A program made the translations under genes and the position numbers. Below the pieces are notes generated by a model. The model did not search any database and was not told where the DNA came from. It was given only the letters and a program-made list of their open reading frames with translations. Shown here one piece after another: positions 10,018 to 19,567 of a stretch of 64,000 nt of DNA (within the stretch, counting starts at the first letter, position 1; each line of letters starts with the position of its first letter). Source of the stretch: Nibricoccus sp. (GTDB taxonomy: Bacteria > Verrucomicrobiota > Verrucomicrobiia > Opitutales > Opitutaceae); assembly GCA_047602425.1 (NCBI GenBank), contig JASGHG010000001.1:4928001-4992000 (forward strand), written 5' to 3'.

Positions 10018-10556
10018 CCGAGGCGGACCTCGATGTTCTCTATCACGCGTTGCCTCCGCGTCCGACGCGCACTGGCCGCGTGGAGTCTCTTAACGTCCGG
10101 CCCGGTCCAGCCGGCGAACGTGAAGCGCGGGAAAAAATCCAGCTCGATCCAGCGCGCGGAGCCATTGGCGATCGCTGGGAGCGCAAAACCTGGCTCCATC
10201 TCCCCGATGGTCGTCCCGATCCCCGCGTGCAGCTTGCGCTCTGTAATACCAGTCTCCTCGCGCTCATGCAACAAGCCGCCGGAACACAGCATCACCCGGG
10301 CGACACCCTTTTCACAAACCTCGACCTATCGGTAAATCATCTGCCGGTCGGTTCACGGCTGCGAGCCGGTACGGCAATCATCGAAATCTCCGATGTTGAA
10401 AACGACGCCTGCGCCAAATTCGCCGCTCACTACGGCGACGTAATTTTCCAATGGATCCGCCGACCCGACAACCGCCCGCTCCGTTTGCGCGGATGTTTCG
10501 CCCGCGTGGTAGAATGCGGCGTGGTCAGCGTCGGCGATTTGGTACAACGTCTTTAA
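10014..10556 (+). CDS. MOSC-domain protein
   Basis: GDRW, PGDTLFTNLDLS, LPVGSRLRAGTAIIEIS, CAKF, RLRG...VVECGVVSVGD; ATGA overlap with the upstream gene. Confidence 0.8.
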   Translation: MTEADLDVLYHALPPRPTRTGRVESLNVRPGPAGEREAREKIQLDPARGAIGDRWERKTWLHLPDGRPDPRVQLALCNTSLLALMQQAAGTQHHPGDTLFTNLDLSVNHLPVGSRLRAGTAIIEISDVENDACAKFAAHYGDVIFQWIRRPDNRPLRLRGCFARVVECGVVSVGDLVQRL

Positions 10557-10569
10557 ACAACCAAAGAAA

Positions 10570-10599
10570 AACCGCAGGGTGCAAAACACCGCTGCGGTT
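10570..10599. terminator. Hairpin between convergent genes, probable terminator
   Basis: AACCGCAG-GGTG/CACC-(G)-CTGCGGTT stem with flanking A-tracts. Confidence 0.55.
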
Positions 10600-10623
10600 G
10601 AAAATCGTAGGAATCGCCCGGGA

Positions 10624-11814
10624 TTATTTCTTCAGCGAAGCGCAGAAACGCGCGAGGCGCTCGACGCCACGCTTGAGCGTGTCGTCGCTCGTCGCATAGC
10701 TGAGGCGCAAGTAGCCCGGCGAACCGAAGGCGCTGCCAAAAACAGCTGCGACTTTTTCCTTTTCGAGGAGCTGATTGCAGAAGTCCTGATCCGAAAGACC
10801 GAAGCTCGAAATGTTCGGGAAGAGGTAAAATGCGCCCTGCGAGAGCACGCAGCTGATGCCGGGAATCTTATTGAGTTCGGCATGCAGGAATTTGCGGCGG
10901 CGATCGAAGGCCGTGAGCATTTCCTTGAGGGCGCCGGCGGTCTTTTCCTTTTCCGTGAGGGCCGCGAGAGCGCCGTACTGGGCAAAAGTCGTGGCGTTGC
11001 TCGACTGCTGGCTCTGGATTTCGGCGCAGGCTTTGGCGATAGGAGCTGGTGCGATCAAGGTGCCGAGACGCCAGCCAGTCATCGAGTAGGTCTTCGAGAA
11101 ACCGGCGACCACGATCGTGCGGGCTTCAGCTTCCTTCGAGAGCGCGGCGACGCAAGTCGGCTTGAAGCCGTCGTACATGAGGTGCTCGTACATCTCGTCG
11201 GAGAGGATGTAGAGATTGTGCTTCACCGCCACGGCAACGATTTTCTCAAGCTGCTCGCGCGTATAAACCGCACCGGACGGATTCGAGGGCGAATTGAGGA
11301 CCAGCATGCGGGTCTTCGGCGTGATCGCAGCCTCGAGAATTTCGGGCGTGAGAAGGAAGCCGGTCTTGTCGTCCGCGGCGACGAATTTCGGCGTGGCGCC
11401 CGCAAGCTTAACCATTTCAGGGTAACTAACCCAGTAAGGCGCGGGAATGATCACTTCGTCGCCAGGCGAACAAACAGCCATGATACCGAGATAGCAGGAA
11501 AACTTGCCGCCAGGCGAAACGACGACCTGCGAAGGAGCGACCTTCAGGCCGTACTCGGCGAGATAACGGTCGGCAATGGCCTGACGCAACGGATCGATGC
11601 CGGGCGTAGGCGCATATTTAGTCTTGCCGGATTTGAGAGCGGCGATGCATGCCTCCTTGATGTGTTCGGGCGTGTCGAAATCGGGTTCACCGGCGGCGAA
11701 ATTGAGAACGTCTTCACCGGCGGCCTTGAGTGCCTTCGCTTTGGCGTCGACCGCGAGGGTTGGCGACGGCGCTATGTTCTTGGCCCAAACAGAGAGAGGA
11801 GGAGGTGTGCTCAT
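10624..11814 (-). CDS. PLP-dependent class I/II aminotransferase (aspartate aminotransferase-like)
   Basis: [35 protein letters not shown] (PLP Lys), YLRLSYA. Confidence 0.95.
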   Translation of the reverse strand: MSTPPPLSVWAKNIAPSPTLAVDAKAKALKAAGEDVLNFAAGEPDFDTPEHIKEACIAALKSGKTKYAPTPGIDPLRQAIADRYLAEYGLKVAPSQVVVSPGGKFSCYLGIMAVCSPGDEVIIPAPYWVSYPEMVKLAGATPKFVAADDKTGFLLTPEILEAAITPKTRMLVLNSPSNPSGAVYTREQLEKIVAVAVKHNLYILSDEMYEHLMYDGFKPTCVAALSKEAEARTIVVAGFSKTYSMTGWRLGTLIAPAPIAKACAEIQSQQSSNATTFAQYGALAALTEKEKTAGALKEMLTAFDRRRKFLHAELNKIPGISCVLSQGAFYLFPNISSFGLSDQDFCNQLLEKEKVAAVFGSAFGSPGYLRLSYATSDDTLKRGVERLARFCASLKK

Positions 11815-11850
11815 GTAGGTTAGAAGGCGGACGACTAAACGGTTGACGCA

Positions 11851-11885
11851 AACAAAAGCAAGCGCGCCTTTGCGGGCGCGCTTGC
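11851..11885 (-). terminator. Intrinsic terminator downstream of the RHH gene
   Basis: 11-bp stem GCAAGCGCGCC/GGCGCGCTTGC, followed on the minus strand by TTTTGTT. Confidence 0.7.
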
Positions 11886-11931
11886 AGGAAGGAAGAGGGG
11901 GTTGGCTCCGGCCGTGCCGGGCTCCGAAAGG

Positions 11932-12255
11932 TTATTTTTTGCCCGCCTTTTTGGCTGCTTTGGCTTCGAGGCAGTCGATCGCGACGCGCAGGAGTTCGCC
12001 GACACTGACCTTCTTCTTGCGCGAGACCTTGGTTAGCTTGGTTTTCTGATCGAGCGGCAGCCGAACCGAGATCTGACGGTGTTCCTCGGCAGAGGATTCA
12101 AAGACGTCGTAGTCAAATTCGCCAATAGCGAGGCGCACCACTTCGCTCGCGGATTTTAGGCCGAGGCGTTTCTGATGGGCACCTAGTTTCCCGATGAGGG
12201 AAACGGGAAGGTCAAACGTGAGCGGTGACGGGGCATTAGGACTTTTCTTAGCCAT
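11932..12255 (-). CDS. Tandem ribbon-helix-helix (CopG-like) DNA-binding protein
   Basis: Two RHH-like units, LTFDLP...SASEVVRLAI and ISVRLP...SVGELLRVAI; Lys-rich termini. Start set at MAKKS. Confidence 0.75.
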   Translation of the reverse strand: MAKKSPNAPSPLTFDLPVSLIGKLGAHQKRLGLKSASEVVRLAIGEFDYDVFESSAEEHRQISVRLPLDQKTKLTKVSRKKKVSVGELLRVAIDCLEAKAAKKAGKK

Positions 12256-12475
12256 AGCTTTGCTGGTTACACGACCAATGGGTTTTTCTCGCAGTTCCAA
12301 AAGTGGCTCCCGTAGGAGGAATGATGAAAACTATTCAGAACCTGCGGCGGTCTGCAACCAGAATCTCACTACAAATTCAGGGCATCACACGTATTCAAGA
12401 AAGCCCTTCAATCGGGCGAAACCAGCCAAAAGACACCAGCATTACCTCTGAAACAAAACCATTACCAATGGAAAC

Positions 12476-13387
12476 CTATTGGGTAACCAAACGCAGTCGT
12501 TCTGGCGCAGGCGGCTGGATCGTCTCGCTCAAGCTTTCCGGCGCGAACAATACGGGAAGCAGGTCAAGATTGAGCGCGGCGCGAGCGATAACCAAACGGG
12601 TTTTATTGCGCGTCTCGTCGTTGCGCACGTCAACGCTTTTGGGGATCCATTGGTCGTCGACCTTCTTCAGATCGAGAATAGTGATGGACTTCAGCAGGGC
12701 ATCCTTGTCGCCGATTTGTTCGGCCTGCACCAATGCCTTGAACTGAGTGTCGAGGTAGACGCGCACACCGCAAAGTTGCGGACGCTGCGCAGTGACCTCA
12801 GCCGGTGGATACAAAAGAAACACATGCGCCGGGCGCCCGCGCACACGGGCGAGTCCTTCAAAAACAAAATCGTTCCAAAACAAAAAAGACATTTGCAGGT
12901 CGAAGGCCGTCAGGTCCGTGGCGGCAAGCGGTTCAAACAGCCCGTGGATGCCGAGCGGTTCGGCCGACTTGCCGATCTGACCAGCTTGCCAGCGCCAGAG
13001 GGCGCTTTGTGGACCATTTTGCACCAGCAGGCGCACTTTTTGAGCAGCATCGTTTGGCCAGAGTTCGACCCGCCAAATCGGGCCTTTTTCGTTGCGACCG
13101 ATCCAGAGTCGAGCCGGTACCATTTTACCCTCGCCGCGGCGCGGCATGACTTGCAGTGCAACTTCCCAATACATGTCACTGGGCAAACCGGTCTGGCGAA
13201 AATCCTCGAGAATGCGCCGGCCTTCGGCCTGATCGGGTTTGCCAAATTGCAGGTAATTGTTCGCGGGCGGACGATAAATTTTCTCCTGAGCGAACGCGGC
13301 GAGCGTAGCCATAACAAAAAAGAAAAGGCAGGCGGCTTTCGCCACCTGCCTTATGAAAAACGTCGAACGTGCAGCCCGCGTGTGCAC
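12476..13387 (-). CDS. Outer-membrane lipoprotein-sorting (LolA-like) exported protein
   Basis: Signal-like segment ending LAAFA; TDLTAFDL, DLKKVDDQWIPKSVDVRN..TR are typical of LolA-like proteins. Start uncertain (GTG 13387 or ATG 13312). Confidence 0.65.
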   Translation of the reverse strand: MHTRAARSTFFIRQVAKAACLFFFVMATLAAFAQEKIYRPPANNYLQFGKPDQAEGRRILEDFRQTGLPSDMYWEVALQVMPRRGEGKMVPARLWIGRNEKGPIWRVELWPNDAAQKVRLLVQNGPQSALWRWQAGQIGKSAEPLGIHGLFEPLAATDLTAFDLQMSFLFWNDFVFEGLARVRGRPAHVFLLYPPAEVTAQRPQLCGVRVYLDTQFKALVQAEQIGDKDALLKSITILDLKKVDDQWIPKSVDVRNDETRNKTRLVIARAALNLDLLPVLFAPESLSETIQPPAPERLRLVTQ

Positions 13388-13397
13388 GGCGTTGAAA

Positions 13398-13760
13398 TTA
13401 TTTACCCGCGGGAGCCGGTGCCTCAGGGGCAGGTGTCGCGGCCGGGGCGGCGGCGGGAGCAGCAGGCGCCACGATGGTCGGAAGAGCCTCGCCTGTGCCG
13501 CCGACGTGCTTGTGCTTGTAAACTTGTGCAAGATAGAGGCCGAAGCTGATGACGAAGAAAGCGATTGCGGCATTGATCGTCGATTTCGAGAGGACGTTGC
13601 CCGTGTCGGCGCCAAAGGCTGCCTCGGCCACGCCGCCGCCCATCGCAGCGCCCATGCCGCCGTCCTTCGACTTTTGCATGAGGACAACGAGGACTAAAAA
13701 CAAGGAAACGAGGATAAGGGCGAAGGTGAAGACGCCGATCAAAATGCTCAGAAAGGTCAT
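13398..13760 (-). CDS. secG: Preprotein translocase subunit SecG
   Basis: Two TM helices; VLMQKSKDGGMGAAMGGG...FGADTGNVLSKST. Confidence 0.92.
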   Translation of the reverse strand: MTFLSILIGVFTFALILVSLFLVLVVLMQKSKDGGMGAAMGGGVAEAAFGADTGNVLSKSTINAAIAFFVISFGLYLAQVYKHKHVGGTGEALPTIVAPAAPAAAPAATPAPEAPAPAGK

Positions 13761-13867
13761 GTGAAAGGGTTCAACAGAGCCGTCCCGCGTGGGATTTGTC
13801 AACGTTGAGTTATAGGGACTTTACAGGATACGAAAAGCCCTCGGCCGGCGGGCCCGCCGCTCGTCGT

Positions 13868-15748
13868 TCAAATCTGATAATCCTTGGGACTGTCGTGATC
13901 CCCGGCCGGTGCGTTAAACGGGGCGTTGGTGGCACTTTCCTTCTTGGCGCGATCGTAAAAGATACGGACCTCCGCCTTCTTGGTTTGCAAGAGATGAGAA
14001 GCGCGCAACAAAGCCTTCTTGGTGCTGGCGGTCAGGTTCGCCTCGGCGGGGAAAATGTTGTCCGCGCCAATTTTTTCGTACGTGCCGCTAGCACGCAAAA
14101 CGGCTTCCACGTCGGGGTTGATTCCGCTCACGATAAGAAAACGCCCGCTCTTGGTCAGGTAGTCGTGAAGTTCGAGCAACGACATGACCGAGGTGGCGTC
14201 GAGATGGCGCGCGTTTTTCATGCGCAGGATGATGACGCGGATTTTATCGTCATTCGAAAGCAATCGTACCTGTTCCTGGAACAAATCGGCTGCGCCAAAA
14301 AACAATTCGCCTTCCACGTGCACAATCGAGATCGCGCTGTTTCGGCGCTGTGCCTTGTCCTCGAGTTCGGACAAATTTCCCGCTGCGTCGAAACCGTATT
14401 CGACGAGCGACGGCGCGCTAGCCTTGCGCAAAAAGAGCGCAAGCGACGCGCCGATGCCGACGTAAATAGCTGAGTCGAGCTTGAGGAAAAACGCGGCGGC
14501 AAGCGTGACCATGAGCACAATCGCGTCGGAACGCGTCGCGCGCCAGGCAATGCGGAGTTGCTCGGGGTTGAGCAGTTTCACCCCGATGCGAATCAGATGG
14601 GCCGCAAGGCACGGAACCGGGATGTCGTTGATCAAACCGGTGACGAAAAAAAGGCCGATGAGCACAATGCCGCTGCTAAGCAACGAGGAAACCTGCGTGC
14701 GGCCTCCGCTTTGCAAGTTTGCGCCGCTGCGGGCAAAGGAGGCCGAACCGGGCATCGCGCCGAATGCGCTATTGGAAAGGTTCGCCAGACCCATGGCGAT
14801 AAGTTCCTGGTTCGGGTCCACGCGCTGGCCCGATTTAGCGGCGAGACTTTTACCGAGGGAAACCGCCTCCAGCATGCCAAGGATCGACACCGCGAGCGCC
14901 GTGCTGAGCAAGGCGGGGATCGAGTCGAGTTGCGCGCTGCCAAACCTAATGCCCAGAAAAGACGGCAGCGCCGCCGAAAGTGCGCCTTCGTCGCGAATCG
15001 TGTGGATGCCGAGGTGCGCAAGACCCGCCCATTTTGAAATCAGGGCGAGCGAGACGAGCACCACCAACTCCACCGGAATTTTCGGCAGGAAACGCTCGAC
15101 GACATAGAAAAGCACCAGCGTCAGCACTCCCATCAGCGCCGCATACATGTTCAAATCGAGCGTCACCACATGGCCCAGCGCATGCCACAGATTTTGCAGA
15201 AAGTTGCCGTGACCCGAGGCCTCAATCCCCAACAGGTTCGAGAATTGACCCGCCGCCAGCAGCAGGCCGATCGCGGTGCTGTAGGCGATGATGACCGAAC
15301 GGGAGATGAACTGGGTCAATTTTCCCAACTGCGTGAGCCCGGCCGCCAATTGAAACGAACCAATTAACAATGCTAACAACAACGCGATCTCGGCCGGTTC
15401 CAGCGAACCGCCCTTGAACGAAAAAATCGTCGCCGCCAGGATGATGCTCATCGAGTTCGTCGGCCCAAACACAAGATGGTGCGACGAGGTGAAGAGCGCG
15501 TAGACGAAACCGCCCACCACCACCGACATGATCACCATGAGCGGCGGCAATCCTGCGATCAGCGCAAAACCGATCGCCTGCGGGATCGAGACGAGCGAAA
15601 CCGTGGCGCCCGCCAGGAGATCGGCGCGAAATTTTCCGCGGTTGTACGCCCGCAACTCGTCGGCCAGGGGAAAACGCCCGCGCAGCCAGCGCCGCGAAAA
15701 ACGCCGGAGGTCCTGCGCGGTGTCAGCGGCGTTTTCGTTCCCTGCCAT
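13868..15748 (-). CDS. SulP/SLC26 family anion transporter with STAS domain
   Basis: DLLAGATV..V.IPQAI.FALIAG, GPT, NQELIAMG, SFARS, GELFFG, HLDAT. Confidence 0.93.
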   Translation of the reverse strand: MAGNENAADTAQDLRRFSRRWLRGRFPLADELRAYNRGKFRADLLAGATVSLVSIPQAIGFALIAGLPPLMVIMSVVVGGFVYALFTSSHHLVFGPTNSMSIILAATIFSFKGGSLEPAEIALLLALLIGSFQLAAGLTQLGKLTQFISRSVIIAYSTAIGLLLAAGQFSNLLGIEASGHGNFLQNLWHALGHVVTLDLNMYAALMGVLTLVLFYVVERFLPKIPVELVVLVSLALISKWAGLAHLGIHTIRDEGALSAALPSFLGIRFGSAQLDSIPALLSTALAVSILGMLEAVSLGKSLAAKSGQRVDPNQELIAMGLANLSNSAFGAMPGSASFARSGANLQSGGRTQVSSLLSSGIVLIGLFFVTGLINDIPVPCLAAHLIRIGVKLLNPEQLRIAWRATRSDAIVLMVTLAAAFFLKLDSAIYVGIGASLALFLRKASAPSLVEYGFDAAGNLSELEDKAQRRNSAISIVHVEGELFFGAADLFQEQVRLLSNDDKIRVIILRMKNARHLDATSVMSLLELHDYLTKSGRFLIVSGINPDVEAVLRASGTYEKIGADNIFPAEANLTASTKKALLRASHLLQTKKAEVRIFYDRAKKESATNAPFNAPAGDHDSPKDYQI

Positions 15749-15765
15749 CGAGTGGTTTCAATTGG

Positions 15766-16716
15766 TTAGGCTTCGACCCCGAGTTTTTCCAGGATGCGCT
15801 GAAGGTCTTCGTTGCCGGCGTACTCGATGACGATCTTGCCGCGCTTGGGCGTATGTTTGACGGCCACGCGCGCTCCCAGGTGTGAAGTGAGTTTTTTCTC
15901 GATGCTGGCAACGGCTGCCTGCTCCATGGGGGGAGCGGAACGGCTCGAACCGGCCGCTGGCGTGGCAGTCGGGGCGATCTTGTGGGAGGCGACGAGTTTT
16001 TCCGTCGCGCGCACACTCAGACCTTCCTCGATGATGCGGCGGCCAAGCACAGCCCGGCGCGGCGTGTCGTCAACACCAAGCAAAACTTTCGCGTGTCCCA
16101 CGGAGAGCAGGCCTTTCGAAAGATAGCCTTGGAGCTCGGCGTCGAGCGAAAGCAAGCGCAGCGAGTTGGCCACGGAAGCGCGGCCCTTCCCCACCCGCTC
16201 GGCGGCGGATTCCTGCGTGAGGTCGAAATCGCGGATCAACGAAGCGTAACCATAAGCTTCTTCCACGGGGTTGAGTCCTTCGCGCTGCAAATTCTCGATC
16301 AACCCGAGCGCCGCGGACGAGGCATTGCTCGCCTCAACCAAGCGCGCCGGGATGTTCTTGATCTTGAGCATCTGGAAGGCGCGCCAACGGCGTTCGCCCG
16401 CGATGAGTTGGTATTTGTCAGCGTGTTTGCGCACGACGATCGGTTGCAACAAGCCCTCGGAACGAATGCTCTCGGCGAGTTCGCTGAGTTGCTCCGGCGA
16501 GATTTCGCGCCGCGCCTGGTAAGGGCTCGGCTCGACGAGATGGACGGGGATTTCCTGGAATCCCGGGGCGCCGGCGGGTGCCGGAGCGGAAGCGGCGGGA
16601 AGCACCGGAGCCGCCGCCGGAGTTTTGGCGGTGGCTTCAGGTTTTGCTGAGGCGGGTGTGGCGGCGGCGATGAGTCCGCCGAGTCCGCGACCGAGTCGTG
16701 ATTTTGGAGCAGCCAT
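15766..16716 (-). CDS. parB: ParB/Spo0J chromosome partitioning protein
   Basis: LGRGLGGLI, PYQARR, LIAGERRWRA, LIENLQREGLNPVEEA, HTH segment RASVANSLRLL. Confidence 0.95.
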   Translation of the reverse strand: MAAPKSRLGRGLGGLIAAATPASAKPEATAKTPAAAPVLPAASAPAPAGAPGFQEIPVHLVEPSPYQARREISPEQLSELAESIRSEGLLQPIVVRKHADKYQLIAGERRWRAFQMLKIKNIPARLVEASNASSAALGLIENLQREGLNPVEEAYGYASLIRDFDLTQESAAERVGKGRASVANSLRLLSLDAELQGYLSKGLLSVGHAKVLLGVDDTPRRAVLGRRIIEEGLSVRATEKLVASHKIAPTATPAAGSSRSAPPMEQAAVASIEKKLTSHLGARVAVKHTPKRGKIVIEYAGNEDLQRILEKLGVEA

Positions 16717-16725
16717 GTTGGTGTA

Positions 16726-17325
16726 TTATTTTCCGCCAGGGATGAAAAGGGACTGTCCCGCCTGGATTTTGGAGGGATCGGTGAGTTTGTTGGCGTTGAC
16801 GATATCCTGTGGTTTGGCGCCGGTCTTGCGCGCGATGATCGCGAGGGTGTCGCCTTTCTGCACAGTATAATTGATTCCCTCCTTCGGAAAGTCGTCCGAG
16901 AAAGACGCCGCCGGTGCGGTGTGCGTGGTGGCTGGAGGACGCGACCCGCGGGCATTGGCCAGCGATTCGAGGGCCGCGTTCATCTGGTTCGCGAGCTTTT
17001 CCATCTGCACACTGACTTGTTGGAGCGTTTCTTGTTTCGTACTCGCAGCGGTGGATTTGATCGAGCGGTTAAGGTCGGCCACGGCCTCGTTGAGCTGCGC
17101 AAGTGTCACGTAGTTGCTGGCGGCTTTGCCGTGGAGTTCGCCGTTTTGGGTTTCCAGCTGCTCGATGCGCAGCTGAAGTTCGTTGATCCGCTGTTTGAGA
17201 CCGCGGACGTCTTCGCTGAGATTGGCGAGTTCGGTGGAAAGGGATTGGGAAGATTGGGCTGGCAGCCTATTCGCACCGAAGACGGCGAACACAAAAGCGG
17301 TGGCACACAACATGACTTTGATCAT
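16726..17325 (-). CDS. Exported coiled-coil protein with C-terminal LysM domain
   Basis: Signal peptide, heptad-rich middle, YTVQKGDTLAIIARK...IQAGQSLFIP. Confidence 0.85.
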   Translation of the reverse strand: MIKVMLCATAFVFAVFGANRLPAQSSQSLSTELANLSEDVRGLKQRINELQLRIEQLETQNGELHGKAASNYVTLAQLNEAVADLNRSIKSTAASTKQETLQQVSVQMEKLANQMNAALESLANARGSRPPATTHTAPAASFSDDFPKEGINYTVQKGDTLAIIARKTGAKPQDIVNANKLTDPSKIQAGQSLFIPGGK

Positions 17326-17567
17326 ACGGGGAACAAGTTGTGGAAATTCCGACGGGAAAACAAGCGGCATGAATAAGGCGTTTGCGGCACGTGCGGAGGC
17401 CCGTCGCGTTTTCGGAAATGCCTGCCGCGAGGCCGCACCAACCGCCAGCGACTAATTTTCACAATTTCTTAAACGTATCGGAGCTGCGCGCAGCTCGTTT
17501 TCATGTAACATGATGACGCTTTTCGATTAGACATTGTTGATAACAAAGCCATAACACCGTCATTCAC

Positions 17568-19109
17568 ATGCCTACGAATCCCCTGCGCAGGAAAGCAGCC
17601 CTGATTTTTTCGATGGCGTTTGTGCTCGTGGTCGCTTTCGGGGTGATCATTTCCCAGCAATCGATTCAGGACCAACTCGGTGAAACCTATTACGTCCTTT
17701 GTCTCGCGTTGATCGGCTGTATCTTGCTCGTTCTCGCGACCTACGTCTGGGATCGAAACTTGGTGAAGCAGTTGCGCGAACTCGGTACGACCGCCCGGAC
17801 CAAAACCGCCATACCGAGCGACGTCGACACCGTTCCCCCACTCGATCTTCCTTCCTTGGAGGAAGGTCACGACGAAGTGATCGGCCTCGCCCGCCAGATC
17901 GAACGCATGGCTCAGTCCCTTCAGCGCGTCGAAGCCAGTTACCGTGCCATCGTCGAGGACCAAATGGATCTCATTTGCCGCTATCGGGCCGATGGAAAAC
18001 TCACTTTCGCCAACGGGGCTTACACTCGTTTCTTCGGCAAAAAACGCCAGGAACTGCTCGGCAAGCCCTTCATCCTGCATGAACTCGGTTTTCCGCCGCG
18101 CGACTTTCAAGGCAAGCTTCCCGAGACCACCACGTTCGAGCACGAACTTCTTTCGGCCGAAGGGAAACATATCACGCACAACTGGACCCACCGCGCGATC
18201 AAGGACACCGATGGCAACATCATGGAGTACCAAGCGGTCGGGCATGACATCACGGTCCGGAAAGAGGCGGAAGCCGCTCTCACCAAAGCCAAGGAAGCCG
18301 CCGAAGCCGCCGATAAAGCTAAAAGCGAATTTCTCGCCGTCGTTTCCCACGAAATTCGCACGCCGATCAATGGCGTAATCGGCTTCACCAAATTGCTTCG
18401 CGAAACGCCTCTTTCTTCCGAGCAACGCGGCTTCGTCGATATGATTGGCAGCAGCGGCCTCACGCTTGAAGCCCTCATCAGCGACATTCTCGACATGTCC
18501 AAAATCGAGGCGGGCAAAATCGACATCGACCACGCGCCTTTCGCCCTTCGCCGCTGCGTCGAGGAAGTTGTCACGTTCTTCACCCCGAAAGCCCGCGCCG
18601 CCGGTCTCACCCTCGAGGCCAAAATCGACGACGATGTTCCTGCTCTCGTCAACGGCGACGTCAACCGCCTCCGCCAGATTCTCGTCAATCTCATCGGCAA
18701 CGGCATCAAATTCACCGAACGCGGCGGTGTCACGGTCAACCTCTCCTGCGGACGCGGCGACATGGTTGAAGGCCAGAACCGTCGCGAACTACGCCTATTT
18801 TTCGCGGTGACCGACACCGGTATTGGCATCCCGCCTGAAAAGATGAACCAGCTCTTCCGCCCCTTCAGCCAAGTCGACACCTCCGCCACGAGGCGCCGCG
18901 GCGGCACCGGACTCGGCCTTATTATTTCAAAGCGCCTCTGCGAATTGATGGGCGGTGCGATCTCCGTCGAAAGCGAAGCCTCCAAGGGTTCCACCTTCCG
19001 TTTTACGCTCCGCACCGACTACGAGCGCACGGGTGAAACCAACGCCGCCGTCGCCGCCAACCCCGGCAACACCCTCGCCCCTAGTTTCCAGAGACCGGCC
19101 ACGGCGTAA
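17568..19109 (+). CDS. Membrane PAS-domain sensor histidine kinase
   Basis: Two TM helices, PAS (HDITVRK), SHEIRTP H-box, N-box, DTGIG, F-box, GGTGLGL. Confidence 0.93.
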   Translation: MPTNPLRRKAALIFSMAFVLVVAFGVIISQQSIQDQLGETYYVLCLALIGCILLVLATYVWDRNLVKQLRELGTTARTKTAIPSDVDTVPPLDLPSLEEGHDEVIGLARQIERMAQSLQRVEASYRAIVEDQMDLICRYRADGKLTFANGAYTRFFGKKRQELLGKPFILHELGFPPRDFQGKLPETTTFEHELLSAEGKHITHNWTHRAIKDTDGNIMEYQAVGHDITVRKEAEAALTKAKEAAEAADKAKSEFLAVVSHEIRTPINGVIGFTKLLRETPLSSEQRGFVDMIGSSGLTLEALISDILDMSKIEAGKIDIDHAPFALRRCVEEVVTFFTPKARAAGLTLEAKIDDDVPALVNGDVNRLRQILVNLIGNGIKFTERGGVTVNLSCGRGDMVEGQNRRELRLFFAVTDTGIGIPPEKMNQLFRPFSQVDTSATRRRGGTGLGLIISKRLCELMGGAISVESEASKGSTFRFTLRTDYERTGETNAAVAANPGNTLAPSFQRPATA

Positions 19110-19123
19110 GGTGATTCCCCGCG

Positions 19124-19558
19124 ATGCAGGAGCGTAAAGACACTCCGGTCGCCGCATTGTGGTGCGCCGCTTATGCAGGCGATTTAGAAATCGTACGCCA
19201 CTTGATTATGGAAGGTGTTGACGTGAACGTTTGGGACAAGTTTGGCCGTAATGCCCTGATCTTCGCGTGCCAGGCCGGACATATGCCGGTCGTCAAAATA
19301 CTGATTAGAGCTGGCGCCTGGATAGACCCTTTTGAGGATTACGACGGATATATGACGCCACTTATGTCAGCCGCGCAAAACGGCCATCTTGATATCGTCG
19401 AATATCTCTTAGATCAGGGTGCCGATCCCACGCGACATGGCGGCACTGCCCAAATGACCGCTGAAAACTACGCGCGAGTCGATAGTCCGCAGGAGCAATT
19501 TCTCGCCGCGCTTTTGAAAAGAGCTGAAGACGATTGGCGAAGGAAACACTCTCTGTGA
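19124..19558 (+). CDS. Ankyrin-repeat protein
   Basis: ALWCAAYAGDLEIVRHLI, NALIFACQAGH, TPLMSAAQNGHLDIVEYLL. Confidence 0.9.
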   Translation: MQERKDTPVAALWCAAYAGDLEIVRHLIMEGVDVNVWDKFGRNALIFACQAGHMPVVKILIRAGAWIDPFEDYDGYMTPLMSAAQNGHLDIVEYLLDQGADPTRHGGTAQMTAENYARVDSPQEQFLAALLKRAEDDWRRKHSL

Positions 19559-19567
19559 ATTTATGCC

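Noticed and set aside
10579..11823. Long antisense ORFs (also 12479-13549, 28795-30378, 43156-45651, 50683-52152, 59009-60490)
   Set aside because: They mirror well-supported genes on the opposite strand, have no recognisable motifs, and are expected shadows in GC-rich DNA.
12306..12317. Minus-strand CTCCTACGGGAG, matching a conserved 16S rRNA segment
   Set aside because: Only 12 nt with no flanking rRNA similarity; chance match.
12303..12746. Plus-strand ORF preceded by AGGAGG
   Set aside because: The SD-to-ATG spacing is too short, most of the ORF is antisense to the LolA-like gene, and it has no protein-like features.
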